A stretch of DNA of 64,000 bases, taken from the NCBI GenBank assembly GCA_043228905.1, contig JBHGNT010000018.1, positions 4,402,001 through 4,466,000 of the forward strand, in the 5' to 3' direction. The notes below the pieces were generated by a model. The model was not told where the DNA came from and searched no databases. It saw only the letters and a list, made by a program, of their open reading frames with translations. The DNA comes from Azolla caroliniana. Lineage: Eukaryota; Plantae; Polypodiophyta. Positions 1 to 11,315 of this stretch are shown here, one piece after another. The translations under genes and the position numbers were made by a program. Position 1 is the first letter of the stretch; the number at the start of each line of letters is the position of its first letter.

Positions 1-2570
1 ATCTCGGGGGGTTGCCGGCATCTCCCGGTTTCAACTTGTACACCCACTTGTTTCGGAGTGCCGACTTTCCTTTTGGCAACTCCACCAATTCGTACGTATG
101 GTTCTCATGCAGGGAATCCATCTCATCATGCATGGCACTTAACCATTTGCGGTTGTGGGTGTCATCCTTCGCTTCTTCGAAGCTTTCTGGCTCTCCCTCA
201 TCGGTCAGCAGCACATGCTCTGCATCCGGAAATCTCCGGGGGGCCCTTCCCTCTCTGAGAGGATATCTCCGTCTTTGGGCTTCGGTAACCGGCTCCTCCA
301 TTTGCTCTTCATCCGAATCCGATTCGGGGTCTTGGCTGGTTCCGGTTTTAGCTTCCTCTTCTGCCGGTTCGGTATCCTCACCGTAAACGGCTGGTTCCTC
401 AAGTGCTAACTGGTCTCTTGCCGGTTGGGTCTGCTCATCGTAGAATCAATCCTTAACGGTCGACTCGGAGTTCATTATCTTCTTCTCCGACTCCCAGTCG
501 GCGAGCACCTTTCCTCCATGAAGATAATATCTCGACTCCGGAATACCTTCTTGTCGGTCAGGTCCCACACTCGGTAGCCAAACTCATCGTCGTCGTAACC
601 GAGGAATATGCATGGCCGGGTCTTTGGATCCAACTTTCCTCTCCGGTCCTTAGCAACATGCAAGTACGCGAGACACTCGAACACTTTCAGATGCTGGTAG
701 GACACTTCCTTACCGGTCCAGACTCTCTGTGGCGTGTCTCCATCCAAGGGCACTGAGGGTGATCTGTTTATCACATACGTCGTTGTCGATAGCGCCTCAG
801 CCCAAAACGTCTTGGGTACTTTTGCATGCGCCAGCATACTCCGGACCCTCTCCATTATGGTCCGGTTCATCCTCTCGGCCAGCCCGTTTAGTTCCGGCGT
901 CTTTGGCACGGTAAATTCGAGCCGGATTCCCTTCGAGCGACAGTACTCCTCGAACTGCCCCCGGTATTCACCTCCGTTATCTGCTCGAACCGCCTTCAGC
1001 TTCCGGCCGGTCTCTCTTTCCACTCTCGCGTGGAGCTCTTTGAAGACGGATAGCACCTGATCCTTCGTCTTCAACGGTGTGGCCCACAACTTCCGGCTGT
1101 GGTCATCTATGAACGTCACGAAGTGCTGCGATCCTGCATGTGACTTCGTGTCCACTTGACACACATCAGTATGCACCAACTCCAATGGTGCATTACATCC
1201 CATCGGTGGCCTTGGTCGGAAGGAGGTTCGGTTTTGCTTATTGGCCAAACAGTCAGTGCACTTCTCCAAGTGCCACAGCTCACCGGCAGTATCAGATGCC
1301 ACGTTCACTTCCTCCGGACATTCATCAGGTATAGCGTGTTTACCTTCCGGGCCCGAGCCACAATCAGGCTTCCTTTGCTGAACTTCATAACACCGTTCCG
1401 GATGCTACCCGTGTAGCCTTCATCATCTAGCCGACCGGCTGATATTAGGTTTAGACGAACCTCTGGAACGTGTCGGACATCCTTCAGCAGCAGCTTGCAT
1501 CCGGTTGGTGTTGTCAACCACACGTCTCCTATGCCGACAATTCGACATGTACCTTCATTCCCCATCCGGACACAACCGTGATCACCGGCTGAGTAGGATG
1601 AGCAGCATTTCCAGTCCGGGGTAAGGTGGAACGACGCTCCGGAGTCGACCACCCAGGTCATCTCGTCGTCCGCAAGGTTTAGCTCACTCTCCTCGGTGAT
1701 GAGCATCAACTCTTCTTCACTTGCCGCGATTGTCGTCGTTCCCTTCTGGTCCGGCCCCCTCCGGTCTTTACCGTTCCGGTCCGGTGTCCGCTTCGAATCA
1801 GTACCGTCGGTTTCCTTGTCTTTTCGAAAGTGCCGACAATTCTTCTGGAAGTGTCCCGGCTTGCCGCAATAGAAGCAAGTAGGCCTCCCCCTTGACTTTG
1901 ACCGTGTCCCCGACTTTTCCCGGTTCTGGGGACTACGGTTCCTTTGTCTTCCGCATTCCGATTCGGTAAGAAGCTCTTTGGAATCAGAGCTCGTATCCTT
2001 ATCTTTCCGACGCGCCTCCTCATCTAGCAAGCTCGACTTCACTCTTGCTAGGGATAACCGTTTCCCTTCTGGCCCAGCGTTGCCCAAAGTGACAACCAAC
2101 GTCTCCCAGCTATCTGGGAGGGAACCGAGCAGGAGTAGCGCTAGTACCTCATCGGCGAGAGGTACTTCCAATGATGTTGCCTAGTGGATCAGCCCCTAGA
2201 ATGCATTCATGTGCTCCGCCATGCTGGAGCCATCTTGGTACCGGAGTCTTACTAGCTTCCGAAATACCGAAACCTGATTAACAGCATTTTTGTTTTGAAA
2301 CATAATGTTGATCTTCTCCCAGAGCTCATGAGCCTTGCTCTCTTCATTGAAGTTGTTGTATAGGCTCATGTCGATGAAGCACCGTATGTAAGCCGTTGTC
2401 TTCATGTGCATCACCTCCCATATCGTGGCGTTGATTTTTTCCGGTCTCTTGTCCCCGAACTGAACCGGCAACCAAAGATCTTTAACCACGAGCATGTCCC
2501 TCATCTTCGACTTCCACACGGAATAGTTGGAGCCGGTGAGCTTGAACATGCCTCCCAACAATTCGTCCAT
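1..2570 (-). pseudogene. Disrupted gag-pol of copia A
   Basis: ORFs 2196-2570, 1305-2171 and 475-1308 are separated by stops and frameshifts, with a small deletion near 1270. Confidence 0.9.
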
Positions 2571-2600
2571 TTTCTATGTCGTTTCACTCTGATACCACTT

Positions 2601-3264
2601 TGACAAGAACTACACGCTCCCAATGAACAACGCTCGGCCACAACCGAGCTTAGAATCAAAACACAGAAAAACGGGGAATGAATGCACGACACAATGGAGA
2701 GAAGAGTACACAGGATGTTTACGTGGAAAACCCAAACACGGGAAAAACCACGGCAGTCCACTAACTGCTAACTATCACTATGTAACAATATACAATAGAT
2801 GAACACAGAGGCAACGACCTCTTGTTCACTGTCTTCGCCACAGGCAGCGGTTACAACCGAGATACGAACTCTTCGTCTCTTTCTCTCTATCTCTCTCTCT
2901 CTGTACACTGTTGCACTCTAATCTTGCGCCAACAAGAATGAGAACAACTCTATACTAAGTTTGCCCTAAGTCATATTTATACTAATATGACTTTTCGGCT
3001 ATTTACAAATATAGCCCCGATGGCCTCTCAGGAAACATATTTACGAATATGTCCCTTCATCCGGTGAGCACTTCTCACCGGGCCTTCACCATCCGGCTCT
3101 TGCCGGGTACTCCTCATCCGGTTCTCATCGGGTCTTCCGTAGCTGGGTACTCCTCATTCGTTTCTCACCAAGTCTTCCGTAGCCGGGTACTCCTCATCCG
3201 GTTCTCACCGGGTCTTCCGTTGCCGAGTACTCCAATCCCATCCGGAGGGACCTGTTTCCTAACA
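2601..3264 (-). repeat. 5' LTR of copia A, with short tandem U3 motifs (tcatccgg/ctcaccgg)
   Basis: Lies next to the PBS, has TG/CA ends, and is homologous to the LTRs of copia E and F. Confidence 0.9.
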
Positions 3265-4771
3265 CTGACAAGGTTCTTGATGTTCGATTCAAGAAGTCGG
3301 GTGTAGAAATAACATATTCTGCTGGCAAGGTTGTAGGAATAGGGGTAAGGCGCAACAATCTCTATGAGCTTAGCGCACTTACAATTTCTACTGACCACAG
3401 CACTACTAACACAAAGCAATGGCATGAGAGACTTGGGCATCTCAATGTTGTTGTGTTGAAGGAGATGAAGAAGTCGAATATGGTAGTTGGGTTGCCAACC
3501 CTATCTGACTTAAGTCATGTTTGTGATGCTTGTATGATGGGCAAGCATCAAAAATCAGTTATTCCAAAAGAGAGTCAAAATCGGACAAAGACTCCTCTAC
3601 AGCTAATACACATCGACCTCTCTGGAATAATGGTGACTCCTGCAATGGGTGGGTCTCTCTACTATATGCTGCTAGTCGACGACATCAGTAGAAAGATGTG
3701 GGTTTACTTCCTTCGGGAGAAGGTGGAAGCTTTTAAAATCTTCAAAAGATGGCATAAGTTTGTTGAGCGAGAGTCCAAAAAGTTAGTGAAGGAGTTACGC
3801 TCTAATTGAGGTGGAGAATTCTTATCAATAGAATTTTGTGAGTATTGCAAAAGAGCATGGAATTAAGCGCCAACTTACAATTTCCTACACCCCACAACAA
3901 AATGGTGTTGTCGAACGTCAAAATCGAACAGTTGTCGAGATGTCTAGGTGTATGTTGAAGGCACAAGCGTTGCCTGACCCATTCTGGGCTGAAGTAGTGA
4001 ATACAACAGTTTACATCCTCAATCAGAGCTACGCGAAGGCACTTCAAGGGAAAACACCCCACGAAGCTTATTCAGGCAAGAAACCTTCAATGTTGCACTT
4101 CAAAACCTTTGGGTGTACGTGCTACACACATGTTCCAAATGTGAGCAGAAAGAAGTTGCATGCTAAAAGCAAGAAGTGTATCTTTCTCAGATATAGTGAA
4201 GAGTCAAAGGCCTATCGACTCTACGATCCAGAGGCAAGAAAGATATTGACAAGCCGCGATGTGGTGTTTGATGAAGAACAACCACAGCTAGCTGAGAACA
4301 GCGATTCTCAAGTTATCTCATCAACTGAAGAGGTATTTTACTCAATCCCGACCCATTGTCCAGAAAAGGAAGTTGAACCATCTAATGGTAATGGCTCACT
4401 AGTTCAGCCTATGCTAGTCCCACATGTAAAGAAAATACCTAAGTGGGCTCAACAACTCTTCAATGAGAGTACTCCTAAAGTTGAGTTTCCTGAAACTTCA
4501 ACTGATGGATTATGAAGATCAAGAAGAATACATGAGCAAGGGAGAACCTTTGACCACATTGTCAACATGGCTTTGATGGTGGACATCATCGGCTCAGTGA
4601 GTGAGCCGACCTCGGTGGAGGAAGCCATGGCCAACCCAAAGTGGAAAGAGGCGATGATATCAGAATATGATAGCATCATGAAAAATGACACATGGGAGTT
4701 GGTAGAGAGGCCAACAAAGAAGAAGGTGATAGGCACGAAGTGGGTGTGGAAAGTAAAGTATAAAGTTGATG

Positions 4772-5289
4772 TGTTACCCCGTACGAGTTGTACGGAGAGT
4801 CAAGTGTGATGAGCGAGGGTCGAATATTATCATGATGATGTTGTATATGTGTAGGGAACATAAATGTAATTGTGAGTTGATATGTATGTGAACACATGCA
4901 CACGTGTGTGCATGTGGAGGGATACGATGAGGTGTGAGTGAGTGTCCAGTATGAATGCTCTATGGGGCTTACACCCCTTTGTAACTACCCCCTCTTGTAC
5001 TATTTAACCCCTTATGGGGAATGAATGAAGGATGAACCATTTTCTCTCCTAATCTCTCTCTTGTCATCCCTCTTTCTCTCTCTCTCTTCCCCTCAACGTT
5101 GAATACCCTTGGGAGGGGGGTGGAGCCATTCTAGGCACCACCCCCCACCCCGCAATGCTTCTCTATGCTTCTCTATACGATCTCTCATCATCATGCCCGT
5201 CATCTCCACCATTACACAATGTCTATCTTCATCATCAATCATCTTTATCATGATTATCATCCTTGACCCTAACCCTAAAACGTACAACA
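4772..5289 (+). repeat. 5' LTR (518 bp) of the Arg-primed element
   Basis: TGTTAC..ACAACA, duplicated at 7515-7996, with telomere-like aaccctaaccctaaaa near its 3' end. Confidence 0.9.
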
Positions 5290-7514
5290 CCTTTTGGCGA
5301 CCACTACGGCGACCCCCCTTTGGAAACGGAGTCAAAGAATGATACGCGGTGATGAAGGCCATAGCGAAGGCCATAGCGACATATTTGTGTGAGTGCAGGA
5401 AATGACAATGCGATGAAAGAATTCATGAATGGAAACGATGTTTGTGCAAGGTTGCGATTGGTGTCCATGTACGTGTTTCCGAATGCGGTTAGTGACAATG
5501 TGCGTGTTCGAATGCGTGGTGCAAGATGCACGGCTGGAAAAACAGCGACGCAGAGGGAACCGGTGCCAGCACGACCGGTAAGAGAAGCCCACCTGAAGAC
5601 TGCGGTGGAAGACGCAGTGTGTGGAGCGGAGGCCGGCAGGATGTGCTGCGAATGCATGGGCTATGGTTCCAGAAGAAACAACGCAAAGAGAGTGGAACCG
5701 GAATCGGAACAAGAACCAAAGTTGGTTATCACCGAAGGGGCATCGAAGACAGAGAAGAAGATGCAGACGTGGACCAAACATCGACAACCAGAAAAAGGGA
5801 CATCACAACAAACACACACATGCAAAGACAGCAGGACCAACGAGGGTGACTCGACAACAACATTGACGGACAAAAGGCTCAGGGCGCCAGACGAAGACAA
5901 CGAGAGATGAAAACGGTTTCTGTCGGAGATACAGCCGGACAGAGACGGAAAGGGCCAGAGACCCCAAAAGCCATGAGCAAACCCTAGGTCGAACAGCGGG
6001 ACAAATGGCCGAACGACGACGACGCTATACGGCAGAGGCCGGACAGCGGCGGCGAATGGCAACCCGAAACCCTACACAACAGTCAAAGAGTGGCCGAAGA
6101 GCAGCGGCCAGATTGTGTGCAGAGCGGGCAAGCGACGGACGAGGTTGGACTATGACGAACCGGCAGAGACGACAACAGAAACGGAAACAGGGCTGGATGG
6201 AAAGGCGCCGGACAAGACCGAACAACTCGAGTGAAGGACGAATGGCGATAGAAACGACCAGAAAGCCAACGACCGAACGGAGAACGGTGATGAAGACGGA
6301 AGATGACGGGACGGTTGCAGAGATGGAGAGACAACCAGAGTGGTAACGGTCGGCACAGTGACAAAGCAATGACCAGAACGGACCGGACAACCGGACAAAC
6401 GACAAAAACGACCGGAAAGACGAAGGGACGACCGACCACAACAGTGAGGGAGACAGGGACGAAGCGGCCGAACAACGATAGTTGGAGCAGTGCCCCGATT
6501 GCGGCCGAACAGTGGCGGCCAACAAACGAACATACAATCGACAATGATGAAAGAGAAGAAGAAGATGAAGAAGAGAAGAAGGAAGGGAAGGAAAAGAAGA
6601 AGCACAAGAGGTGTTGGCGGCCAGACAACCGATGGTCGTAAAGAATAGAGACATCTGGACAGAGATGGCAGACCATAGAATGGCCGGACAGGGCCGACAG
6701 AGACGGCAATGACGCCAACGATGGCAGAACAGGAACGGAAAGCGGCGGCTGGACAGCCAAGTCCGAGCATCGGAGGACACCGATGGCAACGGCGATGGAC
6801 CCAGAGACGGAAACAGAAAAAAAAAAACAGAGACCGAGACGGAGATGAACAGAGAAGGCCGTACAAACACACAACGACACACAAAAGCAGAGCGTGACAG
6901 CCACGGACAATGGACATAGCATAGCGGTGGTGAAAGAAGGAAGAAAAACGAGAAGAGAGGATGAAGATAAAAAGAGAGAAAGATGAAACAGAATCAGAAA
7001 AGAAGAAGAAGAAACAAACAACGATAAGAGAGAGAAAACGCAAACAGAAAACAAGAATAAGAAGAAACAAGAGAGGAAGAAGAAAAAGCAAGAAAGAAAA
7101 CACAAAAAGAGAGGGGGGGGGCATGTAACAAATATTGAAACCCTGAGGGTACTGAATGAAATTGTCAAAATTCGAGGGTATGTATAAAAATTTTAAAACT
7201 TGAGGGCACCGACGAAATTGTAAAACTCATCCACCTAGAGAAATGGATGTGATCAACAACGACAACTCACACAAAATTAAAGGAAGATACACATACACAC
7301 AACATTTTTGGACCCATGACGAAGTTCGTAAGTCGACAGAACGAGAATGTTCGTGTCGCGGAGATTTGCTGACCAACAAAGATGGTCGAGTCAAGCACTC
7401 CGATCGAGGGAGTCGATCGTTGAAAGGACCGATGGAAGTTCCGGTCGAAGAAATATCATCATCAAGGCATGTGGGATCGACGTGCAACGCACTTTCCCAC
7501 GGGCGTGCCATATG

Positions 7515-7996
7515 TGTTACCCCGTACGAGTTGTACGGAGAGTCAAGTGTGATGAGCGAGGGTCGAATATTATCATGATGATGTTGTATATGTGTAGGGA
7601 ACATAAATGTAATTGTGAGTTGATATGTATGTGAACACATGCACACGTGTGTGCATGTGGAGGGATACGATGAGGTGTGAGTGAGTGTCCAGTATGAATG
7701 CTCTATGGGGCTTACACCCCTTTGTAACTACCCCCTCTTGTACTATTTAACCCCTTATGGGGAATGAATGAAGGATGAACCATTTTCTCTCCTAATCTCT
7801 CTCTTGTCATCCTCTTTCTCTCTCTCTCTTCCCCTCAACGTTGAATACCCTTGGGAGGGGGGTGGAGCCATTCTAGGCACCACCCCCCACCCCGCAATGC
7901 TTCTCTATGCTTCTCTATACGATCTCTCATCATCATGCCCGTCATCTCCACCATTACACAATGTCTATCTTCATCATCAATCATCTTTATCATGAT
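7515..7996 (+). repeat. Truncated 3' LTR of the Arg-primed element
   Basis: Matches 4772-5254 with about one 1-bp indel and breaks at the palindrome ATCATGAT. Confidence 0.9.
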
Positions 7997-8165
7997 CCCA
8001 TCGTGGTCGCCAAAAGGTGTCATACGTTTTAGGGTTAGGGTCAAGGATGATAATCATGATAAAGATGATTGATGATGAAGATAGACATTGTGTAATGGTG
8101 GAGATGACGGGCATGATGATGAGAGATCGTATAGAGAAGCATAGAGAAGCATTGCGGGGTGGGGG
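7995..8165 (-). other. Inverted LTR 3' end + CCTTT spacer + 18-nt tRNA-derived extension (probable integrated plus-strand strong-stop DNA)
   Basis: 8018-8165 is the reverse complement of the LTR 3' end. 7995-8012 reads ATCCCATCGTGGTCGCCA. Forms a 113-bp inverted repeat with 7884-7996. Confidence 0.8.
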
Positions 8166-8449
8166 AGGGCATCTCAAGGAGGTATACGTGAAGCAACCAC
8201 CGAGGTTTGAGATGCCGAATTTAGAAAACAAAGTATGCAAGCTGCAGAAGGCGTTGTATGGTCTAAAGCAAGCACCAAGAGCTTGGAACAAGAGGATAGA
8301 CAACTTCTTACGATCAATCAACTTTAAGCAATGTGCTTCGGATGCAAGTATGTATGTCAAAATGAAGGACAGGAAACAAGTCATCATCATCATTTATGTG
8401 GATGACCTAATTCTTACTGGTGACCATGAAGAGTGCATTGGCCAAACAC

Positions 8450-8876
8450 TGTCAGAACCAAGGATAAAAGATAGAGTGAAGAAGAAAGGAATGAAATAGT
8501 AAGAGAAGAATGGATGTATAAGATAGAGAAAGAAAGAGAAAGAAAGAGAATGGATACAAGATATGTAATGAGAGCTAAAGACTGGTGTTGATTCGAATTG
8601 ATTTGAGAATACATGTATGCCCTTATTTATAGGTTCCTATAGAATAGCTTAGAGATTTCTAGAATGTTCTAGAATGTTCTAGACCTAGAATGCTCTAGGA
8701 CATTCTAGAACATTCTATAATAATCTAGAGGTTTTACAATAATCAGTAATACAAGAAGTAGCTTTTATTGTTTCATATAACAATAAGCTATCTTAATGGT
8801 TGAGGTTTTCAAGTATGGATTACAAGGTTCGAGGTTCAAGTCCGGGTGACGCCATAATGGTCATGTGTTCATGACA
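8450..8876 (-). mobile_element. Solo LTR (427 bp), probably Ty3/gypsy chromovirus-like, inserted in the RT of copia B
   Basis: TGTCA..TGACA ends. 5-bp TSD AACAC (8445-8449 / 8877-8881). TATAAATA on the minus strand, CTAGAA repeats. The host RT frame resumes after it. Confidence 0.88.
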
Positions 8877-9801
8877 AACACAAGAGTGTTTGAAAACTGA
8901 GTTTGAAATGACAGACTTGGGGATTCTACACTACTTCCTTGGAATTGAGGTTTGGCAAACTTCAATTGGCGTCTTCATGTCACAAAGAAAGTATGCAACA
9001 GAGATCTTGAAGACCTTTGGGATGATGGACAGTAAGTCGAAGTCAACTCCAATGGAGTCAAACTGCAAACTATCCCAAGAAGACCCATCACCAATGGTTG
9101 ACATAAGGAAGTATAGACAGCTAGTAGGAAGTCTAATTTTCCTATACAACACTAGGCCGGATATTTGTTTTGCAGCCAATGTGGTGAGCCGATTCAGCAA
9201 CAAGCCGAAGGAGACTCATTGGAAAGCTGCTCTTCGTGTATTAAAGTACATTGTGGGTACTTTAAATTACGGAATCTTCTACAAGCCAACAATTGACGAA
9301 CTTAGTGGGTATTGCGACTCTAACTGGCCTGGAGATAGTGATTCTAGAAAATCAGTTTCTGGATATTGTTTTTCAATAGGTTCTGGAGTTGTTTCATGGA
9401 GTAGTAAAAAACAACCAACAATGGCACTATCTTCAACGGAGGCAGAATACAAAGCAGCATGCATAGCGGCATGTGAGGTAGTTTGGCTAAGAAGAATCCT
9501 TACGGATGTGGCATTTCCAATAAGGACGGCAACGGTATTGAGGTGTGACAATCAGAGTTGCATGGCCATTGCCAAGAACCCCGTATTTCATGCACGTACT
9601 AAACACATAGAGATTCAATATCACTATGTGCGGGAGCTAATAAATGATGAGATTGTGGAGCTTGAGTATTGTCCGACATCAGAAAATGTTGCGGATATCT
9701 TCACAAATACGCTTGGAGCATAACAGTTACAACAACACCTTCGACGACTAGGAGTTGGCCCAATTCCAAGTGAACTCAATGGGTTGATCATTGAGGGGGT
9801 G

Positions 9802-10440
9802 TGTTAGATATAATCAATGATCAACCCCAAGTTGTAAATCTATCCCCATATATGCTCTTAGAGTGCACATTTTGTGATAGTGCCCCAAATGAGGAGCGGC
9901 TAGTCTGCAACTCGACCATATGGGTCGATAAGGTGTTAATCTAGGAAACCGTAGATGCGTAGGACACAATGTATTTAAGAAAGAGAGAAATAGGTAATAG
10001 GATTGGCTAATCAAGTCAACTAGAATATTTTGTGGGCAAGTTATGATGTACTTAGTCTTGAAGTATGCGTCATTGACTTCAAGATAAGTACTATCTAGCA
10101 CTAGCTTGTACCTAGGGAGTTGGTCATATTAAATGACAAGTCAGTTGACAGAAAAGGAATAGCTCCACTACTATCAACTGACTTGCACATTTAATGTTAT
10201 ACTTAGACCAAACATAAAAAGCAATCCACTTTCTTTTCACAGTGGTTGGCTTGATTATCAGTCCCCACTAATTTTGTAGTGAGTTGGTCCATATCCTATC
10301 TAAGCTCTAAGGTGTGAGTGCATGGGAAAACTACCATTGTGAGCTACTCTCATATGTAATAGAAGTTTTGTTTTCATATATCCCATCTCTGTAGTTGTAA
10401 CTCTATATACTTATCTAATCGATTCTCAATATTTCTAACA
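9802..10440 (+). repeat. 3' LTR of copia B
   Basis: Starts TGTTAG directly after the PPT and ends CTAACA (6-bp terminal inverted repeat). Confidence 0.85.
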
Positions 10441-10449
10441 TACGAGAGG

Positions 10450-11315
10450 TATATATGCATGTTAGCAATGAGATAAGGTTGAATACGATGAATATGCCTT
10501 CTTGCCTCATATAGAACACAACATTAAAGATTGATGTTTGCAATGTAATATTCTAATTATGTCTTTTTAGCATCCTTTCACTTCTTTCCTTAGTGGTTAC
10601 ATTAATCTTTCTTCAATAATTGCATTTTTGAACCATTTTTTTATGTCAACAACCCAACCAGATGAGAGAATTTTGCTCTTTTGAATCCTTTGTAGTTCAT
10701 ATTCAACATTCCAAGCATGATGTGGTAATCTATGATTTGACATATTCTTGAGTTTTGTAATGTGTCTATATACTCTCTGTAGCACCAATATCTCTATAGG
10801 TCGAGCACTTGTTTCAAAGAGCATAACCTGATAGGAGGTGATGGATTTAACTCCCAATTATCTCCTTAAAAACATCTTTCGAATTTTCTTCATCCCCTTC
10901 CATACATTAAGAGATATGGTCTCCCCACACTTCTACACCATAAAACAAAACTTGTGCTACCATAGTATTAAATAACATTAGTTTCACTTCCCATCCATGA
11001 ATATCACTCTAGTTGCATTAATTTTCCAACATATAATAACTTTTGCAACCAACTAAAAGTCTAGAATCAAAGCATGCACTCCATTTATTTGTGGCAAGTA
11101 CATCGAGACCAAGATACTTAAAGCTTTGCACAAATTGTACATGTTCTCCCTTATATATAAGCATAGGGTATCAATGAAGTTGAATGGTTCACATTACCAT
11201 CATTTTTGTTTTATCAACATTTATAGTTAGTCCACTACTTTGGCAAAATGCTTCTAATGCTCCAAGTAAATGTTGTATACCATCAACATTATATGAAGGG
11301 ATAATCACACCATCC
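10450..11315 (-). mobile_element. Degenerate LINE RT/C-terminal remnant
   Basis: LYTDGVII..LEAFCQSSGLTINVDKTKMMV (RT domains 5-6), a FKYLG-like motif, and RLPHHAW further on. Confidence 0.7.

Larger units (their letters stand above)
1..3264 (-). mobile_element. Ty1/copia LTR retrotransposon A (Tork/Tnt1-like), 5' part; RT end lies outside the window
   Basis: 5' LTR 2601-3264 (TG..CA). PBS TGGTATCAGAG (tRNA-iMet type) is the complement of 2587-2597. Gag (NYSVWKSKMRDML, CFYCGKPGHFQKNC), protease (WVVDSGAS), integrase (HTDVC..FIDDHSR..DNGGEY..ERMNRT, GKLDPK) and RT start occur in copia order. Inserted into copia B. Confidence 0.95.
4772..8165 (+). mobile_element. Non-autonomous (non-coding) LTR element with tRNA-Arg-type PBS and an aberrant 3' end
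   Basis: Near-identical LTRs 4772-5289 and 7515-7996 (the second lacks the last ~35 bp). PBS TGGCGACCAC 5295-5304. The 2.2-kb purine-rich interior has no gag/pol motifs. No TSD. Confidence 0.85.
3265..10440 (+). mobile_element. Ty1/copia retrotransposon B (degenerate; hosts A, the Arg-primed element and a solo LTR)
   Basis: GAG-pre-integrase (WHERLGHLN) and integrase ORFs 3453-3809 and 3838-4515. RT pieces 4567-4771, 8168-8449 (IYVDDL) and 8877-9723 with RNase H (CDNQS..HARTKHIEI). PPT TTGAGGGGGTG 9791-9801, then the 3' LTR. Confidence 0.93.

Noticed and set aside
3060-3235. CRISPR-like short repeats in LTRs (also 39230-39400) and the 117-bp array at 52 kb
   Set aside because: Degenerate tandem motifs without unique spacers or cas genes, in a eukaryotic context.
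5266-5280. Telomere-like accctaaccctaaaa
   Set aside because: Only two units inside an LTR; not an interstitial telomere.
7110-7130. GAGGGGGGGGGCA-TGTAAC resembling a PPT plus an LTR start
   Set aside because: No matching second LTR, CA end or TSD was found.
6025-7168. Long overlapping ORFs (285-361 aa) on the minus strand
   Set aside because: Low-complexity CT-rich sequence avoids stops by composition; all three frames are open and there are no domain motifs.
7995-8012. tRNA gene
   Set aside because: Only the 3' 18 nt including CCA are present, so it is a cDNA copy rather than a gene. No intact tRNA or rRNA gene was seen in the window.
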